DNA of 64,000 bases. Origin: an uncultured Acidobacteriota bacterium. Its GTDB lineage: Bacteria > Acidobacteriota > UBA6911. How positions within the stretch are numbered: position 1 is the stretch's first letter; each line of letters opens with the position of its first letter. The stretch spans positions 1,300,234-1,364,233 of the forward strand of contig CAWEJX010000020.1 of the NCBI GenBank assembly GCA_963809485.1, in the 5' to 3' direction. A model generated the notes under the pieces. The model saw nothing but the letters and a program-made list of their open reading frames with translations. It was not told the DNA's origin and made no database searches. Made by a program: the position numbers and the translations under genes. This document shows, piece by piece, positions 26,786 through 37,657 of this stretch.

Positions 26786-28204
26786 TTAGGTTTGAGGTGA
26801 AACGGATTTGCGCAGAGTAACGGTGAAAGCGCTTCCCTCGTTGAGCGTGCTCACTACCGTGATATCACCCCCGTGAGCCCTGGCAATTGCCCTTGCCAAG
26901 CTAAGCCCCAATCCGATGCCAACCTGGGACCGGCTTTGATCGCAGCGATAAAATCGCTCAAAGATCCGCGGAAGATCCCGGGACGAGATACCAGCGCCGG
27001 TGTCTTTGACAGAAACAACCGCCATCGACTGGCCCTCAGAGACAGCGATATCTACCATACCTCCTGGCGGCGTATATTTTATGGCGTTGTCGAGCAGATT
27101 AGAGAGCATTCGCTGAATCATCGGAGTATTCCCGTTTAAATGAATTTCGCCAGGCAGATTGCAGTGAACCCTCACCCTCTTATCTTCTGCCATGGGTTCG
27201 AAAAGCTCGCACGCCTGCCGGACAATACCGGTCAGGTCGACATCCGCACTGGGAAATGTTTCCACCCCGGATTCAGTTTTTGAAATCATCAGCATTGTGT
27301 TGATCATATCGAGGAGACGATCGCATTCTTCGATGGTACTGGCCGCCATGCCCTCATATTCGCCCAACGTCTTGCCGCTCGTAAGGGTCACTTCTGCAGC
27401 GCCCCGGATCCTGGTAATAGGGCTTCGCAGATCGTGGGCCACATTGTCGCTCATTTCCTTGATCTCTTTGAGAAGTGCCTGAATGCGATCCAGCATCCGA
27501 TTAAAAGTAAGGGCAAGCTGATCTATCTCATCTCCACTCGTCTTGACGGGAACTCGTTCCTCAAGAGTACCGCCCGATATTTTTTGTGCTGTTCGTGTGA
27601 CAGCTTCAATCCCCGAAACCGCCCGCCGCGCCATGAACCACCCGACACCGGCAGCCAGCACAACCAGGAAGCTCATGGTAGCGATGAAAACTCTCTGAAG
27701 GACATCGAGAAAACGCGAATAGCTTTCCATCGCAACGCCAACCTGCAGGATGATGTCGGGACTCAGGATGGCATAGAGGATCCGCACCTGCTCCTTACGA
27801 CCCTCAATTGTGATCTTTCGAAACACATACTGGTTATCACTAAGCAATGCGTTGATGGCCGTTTCATCGATATTGATGTCTTTCCAGTAAGACATGTTTG
27901 ACGAAGAGAAGACTCGACCATTCACGGAAAGGAAACGAAAGAAGACCTTTTTGACGCCGCTTTCATCGGCTGCAATTATTGCTGAGGCGCCAATTGAGTT
28001 TGCTCCCCTTGAAGCAAGCAGGATGGAAAACCGATTGGCCTGGGCTACAAGCTCCTGATCGGTTTGATCCAGTATGAACTTGGAGATGAGGGCATAGAAC
28101 AATAAAAAAACAATACACGACGATACAGTGAAAATTCCCGCATACCAGAGCGTCAACCGAAAGGCCAAAGTGTTCCGAAAGCTAATCTGTCTCTTTAAGG
28201 ACAT
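26786..28204 (-). CDS. HAMP sensor histidine kinase (CusS/CzcS-like)
   Basis: Two TM helices, HAMP (DEI..LA..FN.ML), AHDLRSP, NLLDNAIKY, DTGAGI, GIGLGL. Confidence 0.93.
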   Translation of the reverse strand: MSLKRQISFRNTLAFRLTLWYAGIFTVSSCIVFLLFYALISKFILDQTDQELVAQANRFSILLASRGANSIGASAIIAADESGVKKVFFRFLSVNGRVFSSSNMSYWKDINIDETAINALLSDNQYVFRKITIEGRKEQVRILYAILSPDIILQVGVAMESYSRFLDVLQRVFIATMSFLVVLAAGVGWFMARRAVSGIEAVTRTAQKISGGTLEERVPVKTSGDEIDQLALTFNRMLDRIQALLKEIKEMSDNVAHDLRSPITRIRGAAEVTLTSGKTLGEYEGMAASTIEECDRLLDMINTMLMISKTESGVETFPSADVDLTGIVRQACELFEPMAEDKRVRVHCNLPGEIHLNGNTPMIQRMLSNLLDNAIKYTPPGGMVDIAVSEGQSMAVVSVKDTGAGISSRDLPRIFERFYRCDQSRSQVGIGLGLSLARAIARAHGGDITVVSTLNEGSAFTVTLRKSVSPQT

Positions 28205-28859
28205 ATCCAACTCCGCGGACGGTCTGGATCAGGGTTTTATCGCAATCTCTATCGATTTTGTCTCTCAATCTGCAGATTCTGGCCTCAACCACATTGGTTT
28301 GCGGATCAAAGTTATAATCCCAGACATGTTCCATGATCATCGTCTTTGATACGACACGTCCCGCATTTCGCAAGAGATACTCCAACAAGGAAAACTCGAT
28401 GGGCTGAAGCTCGACACTCTTGCCGCCTCTCGTTACTTCCCGTGTCAGTAGATTCATGGATAGATCGGACACATTGAGTCTGGTTGGTTCAGTAAGCCCA
28501 CTTGCTCTCCGAATAAGCGCCTGCACCCGGGCGAGGAGTTCGGAAAAGGCAAAGGGTTTGGTCAGGTAATCGTCACTTCCCGCCTGAAGCCCTTTAACCC
28601 GATCCTCTACGGATCCTTTGGCACTCAAGATGAGCACTGGAGTCCGGATTTTTTCTTTCCGAATTCTTTCGATAAGCGATAAGCCGTCCAGTTTCGGTAG
28701 CATGATGTCGACGATGGCAGTGTCATACGGTTCCGTTAACGCCAACTGAAGGCCTTTTTCTCCATCGGCGGCGTGGTCCACCGCATACCCCGCAGCTTTC
28801 AGCCCTTTGGTAATGAAAGAAGCAATCTTCGCATCATCTTCGACCAGCAGAATCCGCAT
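28182..28859 (-). CDS. OmpR-family response regulator (CusR/CzcR-like)
   Basis: MRILLVEDD, DIMLP, DDYLTKPF, TNVVE..I.RLR.KID, TVRGVGY. Confidence 0.93.
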   Translation of the reverse strand: MRILLVEDDAKIASFITKGLKAAGYAVDHAADGEKGLQLALTEPYDTAIVDIMLPKLDGLSLIERIRKEKIRTPVLILSAKGSVEDRVKGLQAGSDDYLTKPFAFSELLARVQALIRRASGLTEPTRLNVSDLSMNLLTREVTRGGKSVELQPIEFSLLEYLLRNAGRVVSKTMIMEHVWDYNFDPQTNVVEARICRLRDKIDRDCDKTLIQTVRGVGYVLKETD

Positions 28860-29218
28860 GACGCATCCCTCTTCGCATAAATGTTTTTTGCCAGTTATGA
28901 TGCCACACCGCTTCATTATTTATGACACGAGATTTCTCTGATTCATCTATCTATCTATCCCAATGATTATAGCTTCGGTACACCGCAATAAGACAGCTTT
29001 TATAGGTAATCCTTCGTACGCTTGCGGCGCAGCTGGTGACAAATGAAGATGGAATTCGGATGCGTTGAGCCTCGCGATCGGCATCGTCTATTTTCGATAC
29101 CAATGCCGGCAGCGACACAAATCTCAATATCGAAAGCCCCGACCGATCGGACTGTTTGGGAAGAAAGAGGGAACAGGGAGGAAAACTCCCAATATGCAGC
29201 GGGTGGCAAATAGAGGGA

Positions 29219-29783
29219 CTAGCCAATCGTCAGTTTGTCAGTAACGGAGAAAGCAAATGGAACATTCCTGGCAGCCATTTCCGCCAGTTGCTTGTCAAGC
29301 TGTGTGGCCACTACACCAAAGAGAGTAATGTTTCTGTTTTTAACGATGATCCTGATTGGTTTCACAGCCTGGATGCCATACTTCTCAAAGCCGGCCTGCG
29401 AGTAAATCGCCCGATAAAGCCTCATCCGCAGTGAATCTTCCAAAGGGGACAGCGGAAGAACTCTCAATATTGTTGACAACATTTGCCACTCCAACGACTT
29501 TGCGCACTGCCACTTCTGCTTCGGACTTCAAAAGGGGTCTCCGGACCTCGCCTGTGAGAGTCACGGGGTCGCCCTGAACACTGTAACTAAGCTCGTCAAA
29601 CACGCCGCAATAAGGGAGCATCCGGAGCGAATGCTGAACCTTATCCTCCAGCCCCCCGGCTTGCCGGTTTGCCGATGAGGTGACTGTTCCATTGGGGATT
29701 GACGCCATACCCGCTTGACTTAAACCAAGCAAGGAGATGGACATTGTCATACTCAAGACAAGTCTTTGAATTTTCTTTAACAT
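29219..29783 (-). CDS. Double BON-domain exported protein (one frameshift near 29460)
   Basis: VTLTGEVRRP..K..AE..V..V.GV..VVNNIE, continuing in the second frame VLPLSP..D..R...IIVKN.NITLFGVV. Confidence 0.75.
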
Positions 29784-29971
29784 ATTCCCTCTCTTCCTGC
29801 TTTTCAAGCATCCTTACGGCTCCTAACACTGATATAGACGAAATACATAAAATAACGTTTCAGGAAGCAGGCACTGCAAATGAGAAATCCTCCGGCTTCC
29901 TGATAGGCTACGATGCGCCAACAAGTTGCCGCCACCCGCTGATCAGAGAAGGCCGGCAAACCAAAATTTCT

Positions 29972-32500
29972 TCATTTGGGAATCCCTGTATTCACATGCC
30001 GGTAAAAAGCGGCTTTGGCCAACTCCGCCGCGACAATATAGAGAAAAACAATCACAGCCAAAAGCAGCAGATACCCGGGAGGCAGGGAGGTAAACTTAAA
30101 GACAGCGGAAAGCGGAGTAAAGGGCATCAAGATGGTCAGCCCGACAACTGCATGAGTAGAAAGCAAAAGGAGCCGGCTGGGCATTGTTCGGAAAAAGGGG
30201 CGCCTGCTTCGCATCACCAGGACAACTAAACAAGCGGAAACGACCGACTCCACAAACCATCCAGTGCGAAACTGAGCAGTGCCGGCTTTAAGAGTGAACA
30301 ACAGAATTCCAAAGGTTAGATAATCAAAAACGGAACTGAGTATTCCGAAGGTTACCATGAATTTCCGGATGAAGCGGATGTTCCACCGCTGTGGGCGTTC
30401 AAGCATCTCACGATCCACGCTGTCACCCGCGATTGTCATTTCAGGAAAGTCAGTCAACAGATTCATGAGCAGTATCTGTTGGGGCAGCAGCGGGAGGAAC
30501 GGCAGAAAAAGCGAGGCACCGGCCATGCTGAACATGTTGCCGAAATTGGCGCTGGTAGCCATGAATACGTATTTCATGGTATTGGCAAATGTGGTTCTGC
30601 CGCCGCGCACTCCGTTTATGATTGCCGACAGGTCTTTCTCAAGCAAGACAATGTCCGCAGCTTCCTTGGCAACATCGACTGCACCATTTACAGAAATACC
30701 CACATCGGCAGCGTGGAGCGCGGACGCATCGTTGATGCCGTCTCCCAGGTATCCGACTACATTCCCGGCTTTTTTAGCCGCCAGCAGAATGCGTTCTTTC
30801 TGGTTCGGTTCCACTTCGGCGAAGACATGTGTGCGGTTGATCCTAATGCGCAAAGCCTCATCGCTCATCTCTCGCAAATCTTGGCCGGTGAGTATTTCCG
30901 GATTGGATATGCCCACCTTCCTGGCGACGCTGCCGGCCACGAGACGATTGTCGCCTGTGATCATCTTTAATGTCACTCCAATATCCGCCAGCGACTGGAT
31001 GGTTTCGACAGCGCTCTGCTTTGGAGGGTCGAAAAAAACAAGAAAACCCAAAAAGGTCATTTGATTTTCATGTGCCTTCGTGATGCTGCTTTCTCCTTCC
31101 AGGTTCCTATATGCCAGCCCAAGGACACGATTGCCGTCGGCGCTTAAATCCTCGAATTGTTTTTCGACCTTTTGCCGGACTGCCTCTATCTCCAGGGTTG
31201 TTCCGTCGCCTCTCTCAACGTTTGAGCAGACTGCCATAACGTTGGCAAGAGCGCCTTTGGTCAACATGAGGTGGCGGCCGCCACCCGCTATCAGTATGCT
31301 TAGTCGTTTGCGCACAAAGTCATAAGGATATTCATCCAGCTTCTGGTAAGGCGAGAGATCAAATTGACGGTAGCTGCGAATGGCTGTATCAATGGGATTG
31401 GCAAATCCGGTTTCGAACTTTGAGTTGATGTAAGCATAAAGCAGCACCTTCTCACTATCGGCGCCGTCGACATCGAGTGCCTGGTACAGGCGAACCACGC
31501 CCTCCGTCAAGGTCCCAGTCTTGTCCGAACAGAGAACATTCATGCTGCCCAGATTTTCTATGGAGGACAGCCTTTTGACGATCACCCTGTCACGAGCCAT
31601 GCGCTTGGCTCCGTGCGCCAGATTGACGCTGATGATGGCCGGCAGCAGCTGCGGCGTCAATCCAACGGCGAGCGCGAGCGAAAACATAAATGCATCGAGA
31701 ACGTGGCGATGCATATAAACATTGATTGCAAACATCCCGATTAACAAAATGAGGGTTACTTCCATCAGCAGATAGCCGAAGCGCCGCACTCCTCGCTCAA
31801 ACTCCGTTTCCTGCGGATCAATGCTCAGGCGCGATGATACCTGTCCGAATTCCGTATTGATACCGGTCTGAACCACAACGGCAACAGCAGTCCCACTGAC
31901 GACGTGGGTTCCCATGTAAATGACATTTCTGCGCTGTGCCAACGGTGTGTTGGCAGGTATTTCACCCGACATTTTTTCAACCGGATACGTTTCTCCGGTA
32001 AGGGCGGCCTCATCCACAAAGAGATCGCGGCATTCCAGAAGCACACAATCCCCCGGCACGCCTGACCCGGCAGAAAGTTCAATGACATCTCCCGGCACAA
32101 TCTCCTCAATGGGGATTTCGATGGTCGCATTGTTGCGGCGTGCGCCTGTTCGAATTTGCACCATAGCCAAAAGCTTTGCGACAGAATTGGAAGCACCGCG
32201 TTCCTGCCAGAATCCCAATAGCCCACTAACTATGACGATTGCCAGAATAATCATCGCATCCGCTTGATCGTGTAGGAATACCGATAGAAGGGCGGCAAAT
32301 ATCAAAATTAAAATGATCGGACTCTTAAACTGGTTCACCAACAACGTTATGAAGCCGGATCCTTTATGGGGTTTTATCCGGTTTGCGCCATAAACACTCA
32401 GCCGTCTGGCCGCTTCCGCGTTGCCGAGTCCTTGAACCGTAGTTTGGAGCTCTTGCAGAATCTGTTCAGCCGGCTTGCTCCAGAATTGGTTGTCTCCCAT
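29972..32500 (-). CDS. mgtA: Magnesium-translocating P-type ATPase
   Basis: LTGE, AVGLTPQLLP, CSDKTGTLT, TGDN, GDGINDA, SANFGNMFS. Confidence 0.9.
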   Translation of the reverse strand: MGDNQFWSKPAEQILQELQTTVQGLGNAEAARRLSVYGANRIKPHKGSGFITLLVNQFKSPIILILIFAALLSVFLHDQADAMIILAIVIVSGLLGFWQERGASNSVAKLLAMVQIRTGARRNNATIEIPIEEIVPGDVIELSAGSGVPGDCVLLECRDLFVDEAALTGETYPVEKMSGEIPANTPLAQRRNVIYMGTHVVSGTAVAVVVQTGINTEFGQVSSRLSIDPQETEFERGVRRFGYLLMEVTLILLIGMFAINVYMHRHVLDAFMFSLALAVGLTPQLLPAIISVNLAHGAKRMARDRVIVKRLSSIENLGSMNVLCSDKTGTLTEGVVRLYQALDVDGADSEKVLLYAYINSKFETGFANPIDTAIRSYRQFDLSPYQKLDEYPYDFVRKRLSILIAGGGRHLMLTKGALANVMAVCSNVERGDGTTLEIEAVRQKVEKQFEDLSADGNRVLGLAYRNLEGESSITKAHENQMTFLGFLVFFDPPKQSAVETIQSLADIGVTLKMITGDNRLVAGSVARKVGISNPEILTGQDLREMSDEALRIRINRTHVFAEVEPNQKERILLAAKKAGNVVGYLGDGINDASALHAADVGISVNGAVDVAKEAADIVLLEKDLSAIINGVRGGRTTFANTMKYVFMATSANFGNMFSMAGASLFLPFLPLLPQQILLMNLLTDFPEMTIAGDSVDREMLERPQRWNIRFIRKFMVTFGILSSVFDYLTFGILLFTLKAGTAQFRTGWFVESVVSACLVVLVMRSRRPFFRTMPSRLLLLSTHAVVGLTILMPFTPLSAVFKFTSLPPGYLLLLAVIVFLYIVAAELAKAAFYRHVNTGIPK

Positions 32501-32538
32501 AAAAACTCTCCACGGCGTTACTCCGCCTCTGAACTGAT

Positions 32539-33633
32539 TCAGCTCCTGGTCAATGCGGAAATCTCCGTTCGAATCCTTTTGAGGCTCAGTCCAAGACGCG
32601 TAAAAACCAGCAGGCCGATAATCCAGAGGGGGATAGTAAGAATCAGAAACACGACAATAGAAAAACCGGTTGCCAGCGTTTTGTTAATTCCGAAGAGTGT
32701 AAGTCCAACAACAGTGAAAAACTGATACGTCCCCACATTGGACGGAGCGCCTGGAATCAATGTGCCGATATGAACTATCAGAAGCACGGCAGCGCCATGC
32801 CAGAACGAAAGCTCGAATCCATACCCCAGCATGACAAACCAATAGGACAGAATCTGGCCAACTAGCAGAAGCAGAGAAATTCCAAAGCTGGAATAAAAGA
32901 ATCGGGACCGCCCGATGTCGCGGACGCCGCCTGTCACCCGATCCAGCAGGCTCGATATCCACCCGAGCGGACGCCAATAGCGCCTTTCCCTTTCCGGTCG
33001 GGCTGCGATATCACCCTTCCTGTGAAATACCAGATACATAAAAAAGATGGCGGCGGCCAGGGCTGTAAAACCAAGAATTTCTTCCGCATCAATAAGGTAT
33101 TTGGGAAGCGGAACAATGAACACGGTGATTCCAAATGCCAGCGTCAGCCAGATGGCATCGAAGAATCTTTCAACCAGAATGGAAGGAACAACAGTGGCAA
33201 AGCGTACCGGGATCCAACGGGACATCAGGTAGATGCGAAGAACCTCGCCTAAACGCATTGGCAGGATTTCATTGACGAACAGGCCGGCGTATATGGCCTG
33301 AGTCGCCCGAAATGTCGAAGCGCGTCCGATGGGATGCAGCAACAGACTCCAACGCATACCTTGACTTACATAACTGAGAATGTCGAAAATAACGGCGCCG
33401 GCCACCCACCACCAGTTGATGGCAGTTATCGAGCTCATTAATTCGCCGGTCCTGACATCGTGAAAAACCCATATAAGGCATAGCGCGGCGATGATATAGC
33501 CTGGCGCTGTTTTCCAGACTCCGGAAAATCCGGACGTTCCCCTGCCTGCTGGTGGCTCGGAATTATTTGTTGGCGTTTCCATGCCGGTTGCCGTTCCGAT
33601 TAATGCTGGAGGAAATAAAAAAGATTTATTCAT
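32539..33633 (-). CDS. Lysylphosphatidylglycerol-synthase TM (flippase-like) domain protein
   Basis: About 8 TM helices, N.ILP.RLGE..R, VER.FD, PGAPS.VG; start overlaps the upstream stop. Confidence 0.8.
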   Translation of the reverse strand: MNKSFLFPPALIGTATGMETPTNNSEPPAGRGTSGFSGVWKTAPGYIIAALCLIWVFHDVRTGELMSSITAINWWWVAGAVIFDILSYVSQGMRWSLLLHPIGRASTFRATQAIYAGLFVNEILPMRLGEVLRIYLMSRWIPVRFATVVPSILVERFFDAIWLTLAFGITVFIVPLPKYLIDAEEILGFTALAAAIFFMYLVFHRKGDIAARPERERRYWRPLGWISSLLDRVTGGVRDIGRSRFFYSSFGISLLLLVGQILSYWFVMLGYGFELSFWHGAAVLLIVHIGTLIPGAPSNVGTYQFFTVVGLTLFGINKTLATGFSIVVFLILTIPLWIIGLLVFTRLGLSLKRIRTEISALTRS

Positions 33634-35287
33634 GGATTTCAGACACCTCGGAGATTGCATGTGCCACACGCGGGAGGTTGAGCACATTACGATAAACAAT
33701 GTATCGAGGCTCCCAGATGGTTGCAAATTTGGCTTTGTAGTGCAGCAATCCCTGATAGCTGAAAAGGAAATTAAGCTGTTGCATGAAATAATGAACAGCT
33801 CTTTCTTCAACGGAAGCTTCTTCGTGCTCTTGAAACCCAGACATTGGAGCCATCCCAAGGCTGAATCGCAGATATCCTTCCTCTTTCTTTGCGAAAAACA
33901 ATTTGGTGAACAGGTAGTCCATTATCCCGGGAGGAGCATCGGGCAAGTGCCGCATCAAATCGATTGTTGCTTCTCCTTTGCAGAAAGAAGGAATGCTATT
34001 CATGAAAGCAAGAATTGTCTCGGTCGGATCCACCGCGGCATATACAGGCGTCGAGCGGATATATTCGGGATCGAAGGATCCCAGCGTAAACGTGCGTTCA
34101 TGCCTGCCGGGGATCTGAAGCCAGCCATCCGATACCTGCCTTAGCTGCTCCATGACTTCCGGGGATATAGGTGGATCATAGCGGGTAAACTTAAATCCCA
34201 GCTTCTCCAATTGATTGGTGGCGTGCCGCAGCTTCTTGGCTTCTTTTCCGTCCAATGTGAAATTGGCCAGATCGACGATGGCATCATCCCCGATTTTGAG
34301 CTTCCGGAATCCCAGCTTTTTATAAATAGGCAGAAAATCAGGCAGAGTCTGATGGAAAGCTACACGCCAATCATTATTCGCGCAATATTCAGCGAATCCC
34401 CGGATGATCGATTCGATTTCTTCCTCTGGACCAACAGGATCTCCCAATGCCACAGCGGCGCCGCCGCCGACTCGAAAGGCGATATAACACCGCCGGCTTT
34501 TGGAGAAAAAGAAGGTTTTGTCGGGCCAGTATTTAAAAAAATCGAGCGATGAACGCCCATATCGCGCCGTTAATTCCTCGGCAAGCTTGCGTTCATGCGG
34601 CAACGTTCTGAAACGATAAACCACCGGCCGGAAGACGGCGAAAAGGGCATATGCCATTGCCGTTACCGTCATGACATTGAGTGAATCAAGAAACCAGCGC
34701 GCATGGTGTGTTCTAGGAACGATCCCGGCGTCGCCTGCCAGTGATAGGAACGAAAGCGTCTGCTTAACGGACTCACCAATCGTGAAATTAATGCCAAACT
34801 CGCGCGTATCGAGAAACCAGAATCCCGCAATTCCATAGATGAAAGCCGCGATTAATGCGATGCCTAATCTAAGGAAACCCCATCTCAGGCTCGGAATTCT
34901 GCTCTCGACCGTGAAGGTTTTCCGGCTGAGCCATAGCAGTATAATTAACACAACCGATAAAGTCGCTTCCTCGTAATCCAGGCCTTTGGCCATATAGAAA
35001 AAGATGGATAGAAATGAGAGCAGCAGCGTTATCCGGAAAGCCCTCTTTTTTCTTTTATATATGTTGAGGGACAGGGCAATGAGAGCAAAACCTGTTAGCA
35101 GAGTCAAGAAACGTGACAGATGGATAAAAACCAGGGGAAAAATCTCATGCAGAATAGCCGCACGCTCAGGCAGAGCACGGCTGAGAACGGAAAAAAGGTT
35201 CAATAGTCCGCTACCCAGAACTACCAACGCCAAAAGAAAATTCCCGATCCCTCGAAAAGTGCTTTGTCCTTGGTTGTTCAAAGTCAT
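33626..35287 (-). CDS. mprF: Phosphatidylglycerol aminoacyltransferase (MprF synthase domain, short form)
   Basis: N-terminal TM bundle, KGLDYEEA, ALGDPVG, TIDLMRH, FSLGMAP, GL..YKAKF...WEPRY. Confidence 0.88.
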   Translation of the reverse strand: MTLNNQGQSTFRGIGNFLLALVVLGSGLLNLFSVLSRALPERAAILHEIFPLVFIHLSRFLTLLTGFALIALSLNIYKRKKRAFRITLLLSFLSIFFYMAKGLDYEEATLSVVLIILLWLSRKTFTVESRIPSLRWGFLRLGIALIAAFIYGIAGFWFLDTREFGINFTIGESVKQTLSFLSLAGDAGIVPRTHHARWFLDSLNVMTVTAMAYALFAVFRPVVYRFRTLPHERKLAEELTARYGRSSLDFFKYWPDKTFFFSKSRRCYIAFRVGGGAAVALGDPVGPEEEIESIIRGFAEYCANNDWRVAFHQTLPDFLPIYKKLGFRKLKIGDDAIVDLANFTLDGKEAKKLRHATNQLEKLGFKFTRYDPPISPEVMEQLRQVSDGWLQIPGRHERTFTLGSFDPEYIRSTPVYAAVDPTETILAFMNSIPSFCKGEATIDLMRHLPDAPPGIMDYLFTKLFFAKKEEGYLRFSLGMAPMSGFQEHEEASVEERAVHYFMQQLNFLFSYQGLLHYKAKFATIWEPRYIVYRNVLNLPRVAHAISEVSEIHE

Positions 35288-35426
35288 CTGTCCGCTCCGG
35301 TAATATCAGCGGCCTATCCGCACATAACTGCTATTTTACTTTAATATGATGCCTGTTGTATAAACTTGTGAAAGGCAGAATACAACGGAGTCGTTGCCGC
35401 ATAATCTGAAGAGAGGATGAAGCGCG

Positions 35427-36839
35427 ATGAAAAATGCTATTCTCTGCTTCTACCTGTTTTCCCTTGTTCCATCGCTGATCGCTAAAGAAGAGTCGTTGAC
35501 TTTCGGGCCTTTCGGCAAGATCACCCTGTACTATGAATCAACTCAACCCGGCAATGTAGCCCTGTTCGTTTCGGGGGACGGGGGATGGAATCTGGGTGTG
35601 GTGGACATGGCTCGTGACCTTGCATCGCTTGGCACCTTGGTTGTCGGGATTGATATCAACCATTTTTTAAAGGAGAAGGAAACCTCCGGTGAAAAATGCC
35701 TTTATCCTGCCGCCGATTTCGAAGCGCTCAGCAAGTTTGTTCAGATGAAGCTGCAGTATCCGAGCTATCTGACGCCGGTTCTTATAGGATACTCGTCCGG
35801 TGCAACGCTCATCTATGCTGCGCTGGTTCAGGCGCCGCCCAATACTTTTCTTGGGGGCATCAGCATGGGCTTCTGTCCGGATCTCCTGCTTGCCAAGCCG
35901 ATGTGCCGGGGCAGCGGCCTCGATTGGACAACCGGTCCCAAGGGGAAAGGCTATATCTTTCTTCCTGCCACATCTCTTGAAGTACCGTGGATTGCGCTTC
36001 AGGGCATGATCGATCAGGTCTGCGCGCCAAAAGCGACTGAGAGTTTTGTTAAAAAGGTGCCCCAGGCTGAGGTGCTAGTACTGCCCAGAGTGGGTCATGG
36101 ATTTTCGGTCCCCAAAAACTGGATGCCACAATTCAAGCAGGCGTTTTCCAGCATAACCGCCCGAGCAAAGAAAGAGGATGCCGCTCCAAAGGTCAAATCA
36201 AATGGAGAATCCCAGTCACTGTCGGACCTTCCGCTTGTTGAAGTGCCCGCAACGCGAGGGCACTCCAACATAATGGGAGTCATCGTCACCGGCGATGGGG
36301 GGTGGGGGGTAACGGACCGCGGCATTGCTCAAAACCTGGCAGCGGTGGGTATACCGGTCGTGGGATTAAATTCCCTCCGCTACTTCTGGAATCGCAAAAC
36401 TCCTGAACAAACAGCGGCAGACCTAAACCGGATATTGCAGCATTACAGTGCTCTTTGGCACCGAGGCGAAGTTATTGTAATCGGCTATTCTTTTGGCGCC
36501 GATGTTTTGCCCTTTGCGCTGAATCGAATCCCGCGCGAGAGCCAGCAGATAATTAAGGCCGTCGCCTTCCTCGGACTCAGTTCGACAGCGGATTTTCAAT
36601 TCCATTTGACTGATTGGTTTGGCACCCGCAAGCGATCGACGGCGCAGATGGTTCGTCCCGAGGTGGAAAAACTGCGCGGCAGAAAAATGCTTTGTTTCTA
36701 TGGAACCGATGATGACGATGCGATCTGCGGACAGCTTGATCAAGGACTTGTGAAGGCCATCCCCATCCGGGGGGGACACCGATATGGAAAAGGATACCAG
36801 CCGATCGTCGATTCCATCCTCCAGGAAATCGCTCCATAG
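35427..36839 (+). CDS. acvB: AcvB/VirJ family lysyl-PG hydrolase
   Basis: Signal peptide and two modules with SGDGGW/TGDGGW, GYSSGA and GYSFGAD, GGH. Confidence 0.88.
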   Translation: MKNAILCFYLFSLVPSLIAKEESLTFGPFGKITLYYESTQPGNVALFVSGDGGWNLGVVDMARDLASLGTLVVGIDINHFLKEKETSGEKCLYPAADFEALSKFVQMKLQYPSYLTPVLIGYSSGATLIYAALVQAPPNTFLGGISMGFCPDLLLAKPMCRGSGLDWTTGPKGKGYIFLPATSLEVPWIALQGMIDQVCAPKATESFVKKVPQAEVLVLPRVGHGFSVPKNWMPQFKQAFSSITARAKKEDAAPKVKSNGESQSLSDLPLVEVPATRGHSNIMGVIVTGDGGWGVTDRGIAQNLAAVGIPVVGLNSLRYFWNRKTPEQTAADLNRILQHYSALWHRGEVIVIGYSFGADVLPFALNRIPRESQQIIKAVAFLGLSSTADFQFHLTDWFGTRKRSTAQMVRPEVEKLRGRKMLCFYGTDDDDAICGQLDQGLVKAIPIRGGHRYGKGYQPIVDSILQEIAP

Positions 36840-37000
36840 GTTCCGGCTAGCATCATCCGAGAAACGTGAGATCAAAGGGAAGTTTTAGCCGGCAGCGCCA
36901 TTCCCAGCGCGCTGACGCACTAGCCACAACCACGGCATAGTAATCCCGCCTCGGATTTTTAAAGATCTGAAGCCCGGCCAAACTAATGCTGCAGGATATC

Positions 37001-37657
37001 TTAGCAGCCTTCCTTCTTTTTCTTCGGAGATATTGCAGTACCGGTCGGCGATTCGGGAAGTTGCAGTTTGGGCAAGGGCCGCGCTGCATCGGGGCTTTTT
37101 GCAGTGCCTTCGGTCTGGGGGGTCCCTCCGAAAAACTTGCTGACTTCCTTCGTTTTGGGGAACGTCGCCTGCTGTTCCAGGACTTGGATTCGACGGTGGA
37201 GTCGGAAAGAGCACCAAGTCTTTCCAATCATCCAATCCTCCCCGGAGCATGTAAACAGATTTGTATCCCATCGCCTTCAATAAAAACCACGACTGCGCTG
37301 AGTGAATGCCGCCTTCGGAATAAAGGATGAACTTTCTCATTTCGTTGTAGTCCATAGTCGGGCAAGCGTGGCCAGCGGAACGTTTTCTGCGCTGGGGATA
37401 TGGTACTGGTCATATTCTGCCTTGCTGCGCAGATCGATCAGGCGGTAATCGGATTTTCCTTTGACTATCCAGTCCGCAAGATCTGCGGGAGCTACGTGGT
37501 CCACTTCGCGTTGCACGATGCCGGCGAGGTCGGTTGCGTCGATAGTAACGCGGGTTCCTTTGTATGGATTGCCCGCGAAGGCTGCAATCAAACCTAACAG
37601 ACAAACAAGCAAACCGGCCTTTGTATTCCGTCCCATTTTTTTCAGGTTGAGCTTCAT
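37001..37657 (-). CDS. Membrane-anchored rhodanese-like protein with C-terminal KKKKEGC (frameshifted)
   Basis: LIDLRS..EY...HIP.AEN, LYSEGGIHSAQ, L.GG...W; split over three frames. Confidence 0.7.
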
